A stretch of DNA of 37,157 bases from an uncultured Bacilli bacterium (lineage in GTDB: Bacteria > Bacillota_I > Bacilli_A > RF39 > UBA660). The DNA lies in the NCBI GenBank assembly GCA_947628365.1, contig CANQZN010000002.1, forward strand, positions 1 through 37,157, written 5' to 3'. A program made the translations under genes and the position numbers. Positions 1 through 9,547 of this stretch are shown here, piece after piece (positions within the stretch are counted from its first letter, which is position 1; the number at the start of each line of letters is the position of its first letter). Below the pieces are notes generated by a model. The model was not told the origin of the DNA. It searched no databases and was given only the letters and a program-made list of their open reading frames with translations.

Positions 1-110
1 TAGCAAAAAATAAATTTATATCTTTATAATTCATCAAAATACAAGAAAATTAACATAAAATTAAAACTTCTACGTTAGTTTTCAGGGGTTTAAAAAAGGG
101 TGAGTTAGAT

Positions 111-782
111 ATGAATGAGAGTATTACTGTGGAAGAGGCAGTAACAAAGGGAAACATAAAGAAAAATTATGGCTATTTGTTTGTCAAAAGACTATTTGAT
201 ATAGTGTGTGGATTACTAGGAATAGTAATACTACTCCCTATATCAATAATAGTTAAGATAAGTTATATAGTAACGGGAGATTTCCATTCAATTTTTCTAT
301 GCCAAAAAAGAATAGGAAAAAATGGGAAAGAATTTAATTTTTATAAATATAGATCAATGGTAGTTAATGCTGATGAAGTGTTAAAGGAACTACTTAAAGA
401 TCCAGAATTAAATAAAGAATATAAAGTAAATAAAAAATTAGCTAACGATCCAAGGATAACAAAGATGGGTAAAATACTTAGAAAAGCATCACTAGATGAA
501 CTTCCCCAATTTATTAATGTCTTACTTGGAAATATGGCAATGATAGGAAATAGACCATATTTACCAAGAGAAAAAGAAGACATGGGAGAATATTTTAAAG
601 ATATAGTTAAAACAAAACCGGGAATAACAGGATATTGGCAAGTATCAGGAAGAAGTGATGTTAGTTTTAAACAAAGATTAAAATTAGAAAGATATTATTC
701 AAATCATCAAAGTTTAAAACTAGATATCAAAATATTTATTAAAACCTTTTCTGTTGTATTAGGAAAGAAAGGTGCTAAATAA
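111..782 (+). CDS. Initiating phosphoglycosyl (undecaprenyl-phosphate sugar) transferase, small PglC/WbaP-C-terminal-domain type
   Basis: 223 aa with one N-terminal hydrophobic helix (LFDIVCGLLGIVILLPISIIV). Bacterial sugar-transferase signatures KRIGKNGKEF..YKYRSM, LDELPQFINVL.GNM..IG.RP and PGITGYWQVSGRSD. It is the first gene of a co-directional polysaccharide cluster. Confidence 0.85.
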   Translation: MNESITVEEAVTKGNIKKNYGYLFVKRLFDIVCGLLGIVILLPISIIVKISYIVTGDFHSIFLCQKRIGKNGKEFNFYKYRSMVVNADEVLKELLKDPELNKEYKVNKKLANDPRITKMGKILRKASLDELPQFINVLLGNMAMIGNRPYLPREKEDMGEYFKDIVKTKPGITGYWQVSGRSDVSFKQRLKLERYYSNHQSLKLDIKIFIKTFSVVLGKKGAK

Positions 783-784
783 GT

Positions 785-1921
785 ATGAAAATTGCAATGT
801 TAGGCCAAAAGAGAATAGGATTCCGAGAAGGCGGAGTAGAAGTAGTTGTAGAAGAACTTGCTACTAGAATGGTTAAATTAGGTCATGAAGTAAATTGCTA
901 TAATCGAAAAGGGAAACACGCTTTAGATAAAAATCAAAAAATAGAAAAACAAGAAGATTATAATGGTGTAAAAATTAAAGAAGTTTTTACGATTGATAAA
1001 AAAGGCCTTGCTGCAATGACTTCTTCATTTTTTGCAACTATAAAGATTTTATTTTCAAAAAATGAAATAGTTCATTATCATGCAGAAGGACCTTGTGCAA
1101 TGATTCCAATTATAAAACTATTTTCCAAAAAGAAAATAATTGCAACAATTCATGGGCTAGATTGGCAACGTTCTAAATGGGGTGGCTTTGCTACTAAGTA
1201 TATTAAATTTGGTGAAAAAATGGCTGCCAAATATGCTGATGAAATAATAGTGTTAAGTGAAAATGTCAAAAAATATTTTAAGGATACGTATAATAGAGAT
1301 ACTATATTTATTCCTAATGGAGTAAATAAACCTAACATTGTGAAGGCTGATATTATTACTAAAAAGTATAATTTAAAAAAAGATGATTATTTCTTATTTC
1401 TTGGTAGAATTGTTCCAGAGAAAGGCATTCATTATTTGATTGATGCATATAACAAAATTCACACTAATAAAAAATTAGTTATAGCTGGTGGAGCAAGTGA
1501 TACTGATGAATATTATTTACAATTAAAAGAAAAAGTTAAAGATAGTAAAAATATAATATTCACTGGATTTGTTCAAGGTAAAGAATTAGAAGAATTATAT
1601 AGTAATGCCTATGTTTATATTTTACCAAGTGACTTAGAAGGGATGCCTCTTTCACTCTTAGAAGCAATGAGTTATGGTAATTGCTGTTTAACTTCTGATA
1701 TACCAGAATGTTCATCTGTTTTAGAAGATAAGGGTGTTATCTTTAGGAAGTCGGATGTTGATAGTTTGCAAAAACAATTACAAAAATTGTCAGATAAGGT
1801 TGAAGAAGTAAAAAAATATAAAAAAAATTCACAAAGTTATATTTTGAAAAAATATAACTGGGATGATGTGGTAGAGAGAACACTGAAGATTTATAACGAT
1901 TTATTAAAGGAGTGTGATTAA
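785..1921 (+). CDS. Glycosyltransferase, family 4 (GT-B fold)
   Basis: 378 aa. The C-terminal half has the GT4 pattern GRIVPEKG...ILPS..EGMPLSLLEAMSYG. It starts 2 nt after the upstream stop. Confidence 0.8.
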   Translation: MKIAMLGQKRIGFREGGVEVVVEELATRMVKLGHEVNCYNRKGKHALDKNQKIEKQEDYNGVKIKEVFTIDKKGLAAMTSSFFATIKILFSKNEIVHYHAEGPCAMIPIIKLFSKKKIIATIHGLDWQRSKWGGFATKYIKFGEKMAAKYADEIIVLSENVKKYFKDTYNRDTIFIPNGVNKPNIVKADIITKKYNLKKDDYFLFLGRIVPEKGIHYLIDAYNKIHTNKKLVIAGGASDTDEYYLQLKEKVKDSKNIIFTGFVQGKELEELYSNAYVYILPSDLEGMPLSLLEAMSYGNCCLTSDIPECSSVLEDKGVIFRKSDVDSLQKQLQKLSDKVEEVKKYKKNSQSYILKKYNWDDVVERTLKIYNDLLKECD

Positions 1922-1922
1922 A

Positions 1923-3098
1923 ATGGCAGAAAAAAAATTAAATGGTACAGTTATTGTTACATACAGGTGTAATGCAAGATGTACTATGTGTAATAGATAT
2001 AAATGTCCATCAAGACCAGATGAGGAATTAAGTATCGATACAATAAAAAAACTACCTAAAATGTATTTTACTAATATTACAGGTGGAGAACCATTTATTA
2101 GAGAAGATTTACCAGATATAGTAAGAGAACTATATAAAAAATCTGATCGTATAGTAATCTCTACCAATGGTTTCTTTACAGATAGAATTATTAAACTATG
2201 TGAAGAATTTCCTAATGTTGGTATTAGAATTTCTATTGAAGGATTAGAAGAAACTAATAATAAAATTAGAGGGCTTCAAGATGGTTTTAACAGAGGATAT
2301 AGTACATTAAAGAAATTAGTAGAAATGAAACATCCTGATGTTGGCTTTGGAACGACTGTTCAAGATGCTAATGCCAAAGATTTAGTTGCTCTATACAAAT
2401 TATCTGACGAGTTAAATATGGAATTTGCAACAGCATCTCTTCATAATAGTTTCTATTTTGTAGAGGCTAAAAATATTATTCATGATAGATCAATGGTTGC
2501 CAAAGAATTTGAAAAATTAATAAATGAATTATTAAAATCTAATTCGCCAAAAAAATGGTTTAGAGCATACTTTAATCATGGACTTATAAATTATATATAT
2601 GGACAAAAGAGATTGCTTCCATGTGATATGGCATTTGATACATTTTTTATAGATCCATATGGAGATGTAATGCCATGTAATGGAACTAAAGAGAAAAAAG
2701 TAATGGGAAATCTTAATGAACAAACTTGGGATGAATTATGGAATTCTAAACAAGCTGATGGTGTAAGAGATGAAGTTAGACATTGTGATAGACAATGTTG
2801 GATGATTGGATCTGTATCACCAGCAATGCATAAATATATTTGGGTACCATTATGGTGGGTATTTAGACATAAATTTTTAAGATTTTACAAAAAGCAAAAA
2901 TATTCTATGTATGAAAATAAAATTGTGAGAGATTTTAGAGATGGTAAAGTATCTAAAGAAGAATTAGATGCATGCTCAACATGTGATATGAATTGTGCAA
3001 TTAATAATGGATTATCTGAAGCATCAATGGAACAATTAAAAAATAAGACTGGTGAAGAAATAGTAGATGCTGATATTGAAAAACAAATGAGGAAGTAG
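1923..3098 (+). CDS. Radical SAM enzyme with C-terminal SPASM/twitch-like Cys-rich domain
   Basis: CNARCTMC (CxxxCxxC) near the N-terminus and a GGEPF SAM-binding motif. Downstream Cys clusters are C-x12-G-x4-C (LPCDMAFDTFFIDPYGDVMPC), HCDRQC and CSTCDMNC. The ORF track starts at GTG 1914, but AAGGAG at 1907-1912 fits ATG 1923 better. Confidence 0.8.
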   Translation: MAEKKLNGTVIVTYRCNARCTMCNRYKCPSRPDEELSIDTIKKLPKMYFTNITGGEPFIREDLPDIVRELYKKSDRIVISTNGFFTDRIIKLCEEFPNVGIRISIEGLEETNNKIRGLQDGFNRGYSTLKKLVEMKHPDVGFGTTVQDANAKDLVALYKLSDELNMEFATASLHNSFYFVEAKNIIHDRSMVAKEFEKLINELLKSNSPKKWFRAYFNHGLINYIYGQKRLLPCDMAFDTFFIDPYGDVMPCNGTKEKKVMGNLNEQTWDELWNSKQADGVRDEVRHCDRQCWMIGSVSPAMHKYIWVPLWWVFRHKFLRFYKKQKYSMYENKIVRDFRDGKVSKEELDACSTCDMNCAINNGLSEASMEQLKNKTGEEIVDADIEKQMRK

Positions 3099-3109
3099 GA
3101 AGGAGACTT

Positions 3110-4255
3110 ATGAAAAGAATTGCGTTAATAAGATCCGCTTCATCGCAAGTATCCAAAAATCAATATAATATTCAAGAAATAGGTCTTGCTAAAGTATTAG
3201 CAAAATTAGGAATGATTGTAGATGTTTTTTTAATAAGTGATAAAGATATAACATATTCGGAAAAATGCGGTAAATCAAACAGGGTGACAATATATTGGCT
3301 AAAAGGCTTGAAAATTCCTGGACAACAAGGGTATTATAAGGATTTAAAGCCAATTTTAAATCGCAATCATTATGATATTATACAAGCATTGGATGACAGC
3401 CAAATTACAACAGTATTGGTGAGTTCATATTGTAAAAAAAGGAAAATTAAATTTGTATTATGGCAAGGCATGTATGAAAATTATCCTGAAAAGTATAAGA
3501 GAATAATTCAATTCCTTTATGATTGGTTAATTTTACCAATTCTTAGAAAAAATACAGATTATTGTATCGCAAAAACTACGTCTGCCAAAGAATATTTAGA
3601 GTCAAAAAAATTTCGAAATATTATTGTGATACCTGTTGCATTAGAAACTGCTAATTTTGAAAATTCAACTATTGTAGATTATCGCTCTAAATTAGGAATT
3701 AAAAAATCAAAGAAAATTTTATTGTATGTTGGAAAAGTAGAAGAAAGAAGAAAGCCACTTTTTTGTTTAGAAGTTTATAAACATGTGAAATCTTTAAATG
3801 ACAATGCTTGTTTAGTTTATGTTGGCAAAGGACCAATGCTAAATGAAGTACATAATTATGTAGATGAACAAAATATTAAAGATGTATATTTTATTCCAGA
3901 AGTGCCACAATCGGAATTAAAAACATTATATCAAGCTAGCGAAATATTTATTTTACCAACCAGATACGAAATTTTTGGAATGGTTTTAATGGAAGCAATG
4001 TACTTTGAACTACCTGTCATAACATATAAAGCTGCTGGTCCAAAAGATGTTATAGATAATTACGTTGATGGAATAATTATGAATGATTTTGATGCTGAAA
4101 AGTGGGCTAATGAAATAGATACATATATTTTTAAGAAAAAAGTCGGAAAAAATATGGGAAAAATTGGTTCGAAAAAAATTGCTAAAAAATATTTATGGCC
4201 TATAATTGGTCGAGACTATTATGATGAATATATAAGAATTATTAATTCTAAATAA
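3110..4255 (+). CDS. Glycosyltransferase, family 4 (GT-B fold)
   Basis: 381 aa with YVGK..ERRKP...ILPTRYEIFGMVLMEAMYFELPVI (the E-x7-E region of GT4). A strong AAGGAG RBS lies upstream. Confidence 0.75.
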   Translation: MKRIALIRSASSQVSKNQYNIQEIGLAKVLAKLGMIVDVFLISDKDITYSEKCGKSNRVTIYWLKGLKIPGQQGYYKDLKPILNRNHYDIIQALDDSQITTVLVSSYCKKRKIKFVLWQGMYENYPEKYKRIIQFLYDWLILPILRKNTDYCIAKTTSAKEYLESKKFRNIIVIPVALETANFENSTIVDYRSKLGIKKSKKILLYVGKVEERRKPLFCLEVYKHVKSLNDNACLVYVGKGPMLNEVHNYVDEQNIKDVYFIPEVPQSELKTLYQASEIFILPTRYEIFGMVLMEAMYFELPVITYKAAGPKDVIDNYVDGIIMNDFDAEKWANEIDTYIFKKKVGKNMGKIGSKKIAKKYLWPIIGRDYYDEYIRIINSK

Positions 4256-4270
4256 TAGTTTATATCAGGA

Positions 4271-5731
4271 ATGGGTGAAATTGTGAAAAATATTAAGACT
4301 AATTATTTTTATAATGTCAGTTATCAACTATTTGCATTATTAGTGCCTTTAATAGTAACTCCCTATATATCACATACGTTAAGTGTTAATGGTATAGGAA
4401 TATATAGTTATACATATGCTATGGTGCGATATTTTTGGCTATTAGCGGCGTTGGGATGCTCAACTTATGGTACTCGTATGATTGGCATTGTGGCAAATGA
4501 TGAAGAAAAAAGAAGTTATAATTTTTGGAGCATCTTCTTACTTAAATTTATTTTAACTTTTTGGATTACCATTGTATATATATTATATATTTATTTCTTT
4601 TCCTCAAATAAAATTATAGCATTAGTTCAAGGAATTTATTTAATTGCCGTTGCTTTCGATATTACGTGGTTTTTTCAAGGAATGGAAGATTTCAAAAAAA
4701 TTTCTATTAAGAATTTTATAATAAAAATATTAAATGTAATTTTTATATTTTGCCTTATAAAAAAAGAAGAAGATTTATTACTATATATTTTTGGCTTAGC
4801 CATTTTTCAATTGATTTCTAATCTTTCCATGTGGCTGTCAATAAAAAAATATTTAGTTAAAATAAATTTTAAAAATATAAAACCCTTCAAGAATTTACCA
4901 GGCTTTTTGGAATTATTTATACCTAGTATTGCCTCTCAAATATTTGCGGTACTTGATAAATCCATGATTGGTTGGATTACTAACAATCAAGTTGAAAATG
5001 GCTATTATGAACAAGCTTTTAAAATAATTGATATGTCTTTAATGATAATTACCACGTTAAGCACAATAATGGTTCCTAATATTTCTAGAAATTTTAAAGA
5101 AGGAAAAAAGAAAGATATTGTGAAAGTAATAAATTTTTCATTTAAATTTGTACTATTTTTATCTTTTCCTATGATTTTTGGAGTAATTGCCATTTCTTCA
5201 AAATTTGTTCCAATATTTTTTGGCATAAAATATCTCAAAAGTGCAGTGATATTAAAAATATTAAGTTTATTATTTTTAATTATGGGAATAAATAGTATTT
5301 TAGGAACTCAATATTTTGTCTCTACTGGTCAACAAAACAAGCACACAATATTTTTGGCTATTGGAGGAAGTATTAATGTTTTAATTAATTTATTATTCAT
5401 TCCTAAATTTAAATCAATTGGAGCTGCAATAGGTTCCGTATGTGGCGAACTAACTATATGTATATTAGAAATGGCATATATACATAAATCGCGTCAACTA
5501 GATATAAAATTATTTTTTCAAGATTTTTCACATTATTTAATAAGTTCATTCTTTATGTTTATATTTTTATCTATAGTAATTAGATATGCTAATGACCTTT
5601 TAATGATATTAATTATAGTAGCAATTTCATTTGCTATATATATAGCAATACTCATTATCTTAAATGACAAGTTTGTGAAAAGTGAACTAAATAACGTATT
5701 AAGCAAAATAAAGGAGAAGAAAAAAATATGA
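4271..5731 (+). CDS. wzx: Polysaccharide flippase (Wzx, MOP/PST family)
   Basis: 486 aa, highly hydrophobic with about 12 or more predicted helices. The N-terminus is typical of PST flippases (NYFYNVSYQLFALLVPLIVTPYISHTLSVNGIGIYSY). The start could instead be GTG 4283. Confidence 0.8.
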   Translation: MGEIVKNIKTNYFYNVSYQLFALLVPLIVTPYISHTLSVNGIGIYSYTYAMVRYFWLLAALGCSTYGTRMIGIVANDEEKRSYNFWSIFLLKFILTFWITIVYILYIYFFSSNKIIALVQGIYLIAVAFDITWFFQGMEDFKKISIKNFIIKILNVIFIFCLIKKEEDLLLYIFGLAIFQLISNLSMWLSIKKYLVKINFKNIKPFKNLPGFLELFIPSIASQIFAVLDKSMIGWITNNQVENGYYEQAFKIIDMSLMIITTLSTIMVPNISRNFKEGKKKDIVKVINFSFKFVLFLSFPMIFGVIAISSKFVPIFFGIKYLKSAVILKILSLLFLIMGINSILGTQYFVSTGQQNKHTIFLAIGGSINVLINLLFIPKFKSIGAAIGSVCGELTICILEMAYIHKSRQLDIKLFFQDFSHYLISSFFMFIFLSIVIRYANDLLMILIIVAISFAIYIAILIILNDKFVKSELNNVLSKIKEKKKI

Positions 5732-6711
5732 AAAAAATTTGTTACATAGTGCCATATTTCGGCAAGTTTCCTAGTTATTTTCAAGTGTGGCTAGATTCTT
5801 GTAAATTTAATGAAGATATTGATTGGATAATCTATACTGATGATAAAACTAGTTATAATTACCCTAATAACGTTATTGTCAATTATTGCACTTTTGAAGA
5901 TATGAAGAATAGAATTCAAAAGCATTATAATTTTAAAATATGTTTAGATAGGCCTTGGAAATTATGCGATTTTCGCCCTGCCTTTGGTGAAATATTTTCG
6001 GAAGATATTAAAAAATACGATTTTTGGGGGCATTGTGATATTGATTTATTATGGGGAAAAATATCGCATTTTATAACAAATGATATCCTTGATAAATATG
6101 ATAAAATTGGTTTTCAAGGTCATTCTACCTTATATAGAAATTCAAAAGATGTAAATATAAGATATAAGCATATATTGGACAATGAAATTGATTATAAGAA
6201 TATTTTTTCTAGCAAACAGGGATTTTGCTTTGATGAAGATGGAATAGAAGAAATTTATAAAAATTTAAATATAAAATATTACAATAAAATAAATTTTGCG
6301 CATTTAAGTAAGTATGATTATGGATTCTTTTTATGCAAATTTCCAAAAGAAGATAACTACAAAAATTGGAGACAAATTTTTTCGTGGAAGAATGGAACTT
6401 TATTACGACACTATATTGATAAAAATAAAACGCTTCAAACAGAAGAATATATGTACATTCACTTTTTTTGCCGGCATATGAACTATAAAATAAATAGTTT
6501 TGAAGAAAATATCACATATGTTATATATCCAGATGTTGTTGATAGATTAAATCAGCCATTAAATGAAAAATACATATTGAAACATGGCAAATATTCAAAA
6601 GTTAAATATTATTTGAAAAATTTATATCTTAATAGACATAAAATTACTTTTCAGAAAATTATTAATAACATTAAAGGAAGAATGACATATAAAAGGAGAT
6701 ATTTCAAATGA
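5728..6711 (+). CDS. Putative glycosyltransferase of the capsule-locus DUF6625-like family
   Basis: 327 aa, soluble. The N-terminus KICYIVPYFGKFPSYFQVWLDSCKFNEDIDWIIYTDD and the later WGHCDIDLLWG match my recollection of this uncharacterised family, which is common in cps loci. ATGA overlaps join it to both neighbours. Confidence 0.5.
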   Translation: MKKICYIVPYFGKFPSYFQVWLDSCKFNEDIDWIIYTDDKTSYNYPNNVIVNYCTFEDMKNRIQKHYNFKICLDRPWKLCDFRPAFGEIFSEDIKKYDFWGHCDIDLLWGKISHFITNDILDKYDKIGFQGHSTLYRNSKDVNIRYKHILDNEIDYKNIFSSKQGFCFDEDGIEEIYKNLNIKYYNKINFAHLSKYDYGFFLCKFPKEDNYKNWRQIFSWKNGTLLRHYIDKNKTLQTEEYMYIHFFCRHMNYKINSFEENITYVIYPDVVDRLNQPLNEKYILKHGKYSKVKYYLKNLYLNRHKITFQKIINNIKGRMTYKRRYFK

Positions 6712-7958
6712 AATTAAAAATATTTAAACTTAATTTTATCGAATTTCTATTTTTTCTTATATTCCTATTAATGCTTTTTTCGGGATATATTTCAAAATGT
6801 TTTTCTTATTTTACATATATAGATGATGTTTGTATGGTTTTAATCGTACTATTTACTATTGTTAAATGCATTATATGTAGCAAAAGTATAAAACTTAATA
6901 GGAAAAAAATTGCTATTTTTACGTTAATTTGTTTTTTAATGACTATTGGTATATATGGTAATTATATCTCAAAATTTCAACCTAATAAATTTGCGATTTT
7001 AGTGGATTTATTGGACTGGCAAAAAATATTATTATCATATATGTGTTTTTCTATCTTAATTAAAGATACTAAAGCTAATAATTATTATAATTTGGCAATT
7101 AGTATTTGTAAAATAATTATTTTGGTTAGTTTAATTTTCGCAATATTAAATTTATTCAATATTATTAATTTAACACCTGGTTATGAGAGATTTGGATTAA
7201 ATACATTTTCATTAGGAGATCATCCATCAAATACAGCATCCTTATTTGCAATAATCATTTCATTATTGTTATTAGAAAAAGAAAATAATAAAATTTGGAT
7301 AGTAATAGCATTAGTTCTTGAAAGTTTAACGTTTAGGTTTAAAGCATTAGGATTTTCTATATGTGTAATATTGGCTATAATTTTTATGAAGAAGAAAATT
7401 TCACTCTATAAAGTTTTGGCTATGGGAATAATAATTATTGCGTTATCTTGGAATCAAATATCTTTTTACTTTTTTTCGTCTACAGCCTCACGTGCAATAG
7501 CTTTGAGAACCTCTTTTAATATAGCAAAAGATTATTTTCCAGTTGGAATAGGATTAGCTAGTTTTGGTACTTCTATATCAGGGAGATATTATAGTAAAGC
7601 ATATAGTACTTATAATTTGAATTTAAAATATGGATTTGGACCTAATGAATTTTCTAGAGTTGGAGATGGTGGATGGGCAACAGTTATCGCTACATTTGGA
7701 TTTTTCGGTACAATTATTTATTTAATAATATTATATATATTATATTCTGATATAACTGAAACATTAACAAAAAAATCCCAAAGTATGCTTTCCTGTTTTG
7801 CAATATTAGTATATTTAGCAATTAGTTCAACTAACGAATGCATATTTACTACCCCTTTAGGCCCAATCTTTATGTTTTCAATTTGTACAATGTTAAAATA
7901 TCAAAGCTTTAAAGAAGTAAATAATAATCAAGTAATAGAAAAAAATATTAAATTATAG
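6708..7958 (+). CDS. wzy: Polysaccharide polymerase (Wzy / O-antigen-ligase-like membrane protein)
   Basis: 416 aa with at least 10 hydrophobic segments. There is one larger loop (YFPVGIGLASFGTSISGRYYSKAY...GDGGWA). The position beside wzx in a GT-rich operon supports the call. Confidence 0.6.
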   Translation: MKLKIFKLNFIEFLFFLIFLLMLFSGYISKCFSYFTYIDDVCMVLIVLFTIVKCIICSKSIKLNRKKIAIFTLICFLMTIGIYGNYISKFQPNKFAILVDLLDWQKILLSYMCFSILIKDTKANNYYNLAISICKIIILVSLIFAILNLFNIINLTPGYERFGLNTFSLGDHPSNTASLFAIIISLLLLEKENNKIWIVIALVLESLTFRFKALGFSICVILAIIFMKKKISLYKVLAMGIIIIALSWNQISFYFFSSTASRAIALRTSFNIAKDYFPVGIGLASFGTSISGRYYSKAYSTYNLNLKYGFGPNEFSRVGDGGWATVIATFGFFGTIIYLIILYILYSDITETLTKKSQSMLSCFAILVYLAISSTNECIFTTPLGPIFMFSICTMLKYQSFKEVNNNQVIEKNIKL

Positions 7959-8012
7959 ATAAACAAAAATAGTAAATTTAGAAAATAAATAATATTTAAA
8001 ATTGGAGGAAAA

Positions 8013-8867
8013 ATGAAAAAAATAATTAGAAATGTTTATTATAAGATTCTTTGGATTCTTCCCAAAAAAGTTGCATTAAAAATAAAATATAAATTTTCAA
8101 CTGGGAAAAAATTAGATATGAAAAATCCAAAAGATTTTAATCAAAAAATATTGTATTTATTAGCAAATACTTATGATGATTTAGTAACTAAATGTGCTGA
8201 TAAATATCGAGTAAGGGAATTTATTAAAGAAAAAGGTTTAAGTCAATATTTGCCAAAATTATATGGAGTATATGAAAATGCAAATGAAATACCTTTTGGT
8301 AAGCTACCAAACGAATATGTTTTAAAAACAAATCATGGATGTGGGTGTACTATAATTAAACAAAACACTAAAGATATAAATGAATACGAAACTATAAAGA
8401 AATTAAATAAATCACTAAAAACAAATTATGCTAAAAGTACATTAGAATATCAATATTCAAAAATCAAACCCTTAATAATTTGTGAGGAATATTTAAGAGA
8501 ATATGGTAAAAAAAACCCAACAGATTACAAATTTTACTGTTTTAATGGCCACGTTGAGTGTGTCTTGATATGTACAGAGAGAGATAAAAAATTAAAATTA
8601 GCTTATTACGATTTAAATTGGAACAAACTTAATTATACAACAAAAGAGTACATTAATGCTGGTATCATTGAAAAGCCTAAAAATTTAAAACAAATGATAA
8701 AAATTGCATCAAAAATATCTCAAGGATTTCCATGGGTACGAGTTGATTTATATAATATAAACGGAAAGATATATATTGGAGAATTAACTTTTACACCGGC
8801 AGCGGGAATAATAAAATATAATACGCAAGAATCTTTAGATTACTTGGGAACATTAATAAAAATTTAA
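8013..8867 (+). CDS. ATP-grasp enzyme, TupA-like family
   Basis: 284 aa with DKYRVREFIKEKGL..YLPKLYGVY, VLKTNHGCG, DYKFYCFNG and RVDLY...GELTFTPAAG. This is the TupA-like ATP-grasp pattern seen in teichuronopeptide and polysaccharide loci. Confidence 0.7.
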   Translation: MKKIIRNVYYKILWILPKKVALKIKYKFSTGKKLDMKNPKDFNQKILYLLANTYDDLVTKCADKYRVREFIKEKGLSQYLPKLYGVYENANEIPFGKLPNEYVLKTNHGCGCTIIKQNTKDINEYETIKKLNKSLKTNYAKSTLEYQYSKIKPLIICEEYLREYGKKNPTDYKFYCFNGHVECVLICTERDKKLKLAYYDLNWNKLNYTTKEYINAGIIEKPKNLKQMIKIASKISQGFPWVRVDLYNINGKIYIGELTFTPAAGIIKYNTQESLDYLGTLIKI

Positions 8868-8925
8868 AGTAATAAAGTGTATATGTAATTTTTTAAATAA
8901 ATTATAGAATTAAGGAGAAAAATAA

Positions 8926-9501
8926 ATGAACAATAAATTTTTGAAAAAAATATTAATGGAAAATGATGATAAATATTTTAAATATTTTTATAAAGAACAG
9001 TTTATAAATAACAGCAAATTCGGGGGGGGTATAATTTATAATATTAAAAGAACATACTATAAATTTAAAATGTCTAGAATTTCTAGATTATATAATTGTT
9101 ATATACCTTCTTCGGCCATTATTAAAGAAAAGCCAACATTTCCACATTCATTATATGGTATTTTCATATCAGCTGGTGCAAAAATAGGTAAAAATTGTGT
9201 AATTTTCCAACAAGTAACAATAGGATCTAATACTTTGAAAGATTCTAAAAATAAAGGATTTCCTATAATAGGAGATAATGTTTTTATTGGAGCAGGAGCT
9301 ATGATAATTGGCAATGTCAAAATAGGAAATAATGTAAGAGTAGGTGCAAATACAACTATTACTAAAGATATTCCGGATAATTCAACTGTTGTTAGTGCCG
9401 ATGTTAAAATATTTAGTAATAAACCGAGAATTAACGAATTTGTTGGATATAACGATTATGTAAATGATAATAAATATAATTCAAATTCAAAAGATAAGTA
9501 A
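8926..9501 (+). CDS. Hexapeptide-repeat (LbH) O-acetyltransferase, serine-acetyltransferase-like
   Basis: 191 aa with imperfect hexapeptide repeats GAKIGKNCVIFQQVTIG...IGDNVFIGAGAMIIGNVKIGNNVRVGANTTI. A G8 tract lies in codons 32-35. Confidence 0.8.
   Translation: MNNKFLKKILMENDDKYFKYFYKEQFINNSKFGGGIIYNIKRTYYKFKMSRISRLYNCYIPSSAIIKEKPTFPHSLYGIFISAGAKIGKNCVIFQQVTIGSNTLKDSKNKGFPIIGDNVFIGAGAMIIGNVKIGNNVRVGANTTITKDIPDNSTVVSADVKIFSNKPRINEFVGYNDYVNDNKYNSNSKDK
9022..9029 (+). repeat. Homopolymeric G8 tract inside the acetyltransferase CDS
   Basis: Read directly as ttcGGGGGGGGtata, encoding F-G-G-G-I. It is very unusual for this AT-rich sequence. Confidence 0.95.
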
Positions 9502-9547
9502 ATGATTTTAAATATATGAATTAAAAAAGAAAGAAGGAAATAAAGAA

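Noticed and set aside
1923-3098. The radical SAM/SPASM gene as a RiPP maturase or a viperin-like antiviral enzyme.
   Set aside because: - No short precursor-peptide ORF, transporter or protease lies adjacent.
- The gene is tightly coupled to glycosyltransferases and a flippase.
- Viperin-like enzymes lack a SPASM-type C-terminal Cys domain.
- A glycan-modifying role is more parsimonious.
9008-9035. An internal promoter at the acetyltransferase G8 tract. The tract is immediately followed by TATAAT at 9030-9035, mirroring the 37131-37157 element.
   Set aside because: - The best upstream -35 candidate (ATAACA) is poor.
- The next in-frame ATG at 9070 has no RBS.
- The shared C-G8-TA context is noted, but a frameshift switch is the better-supported reading.
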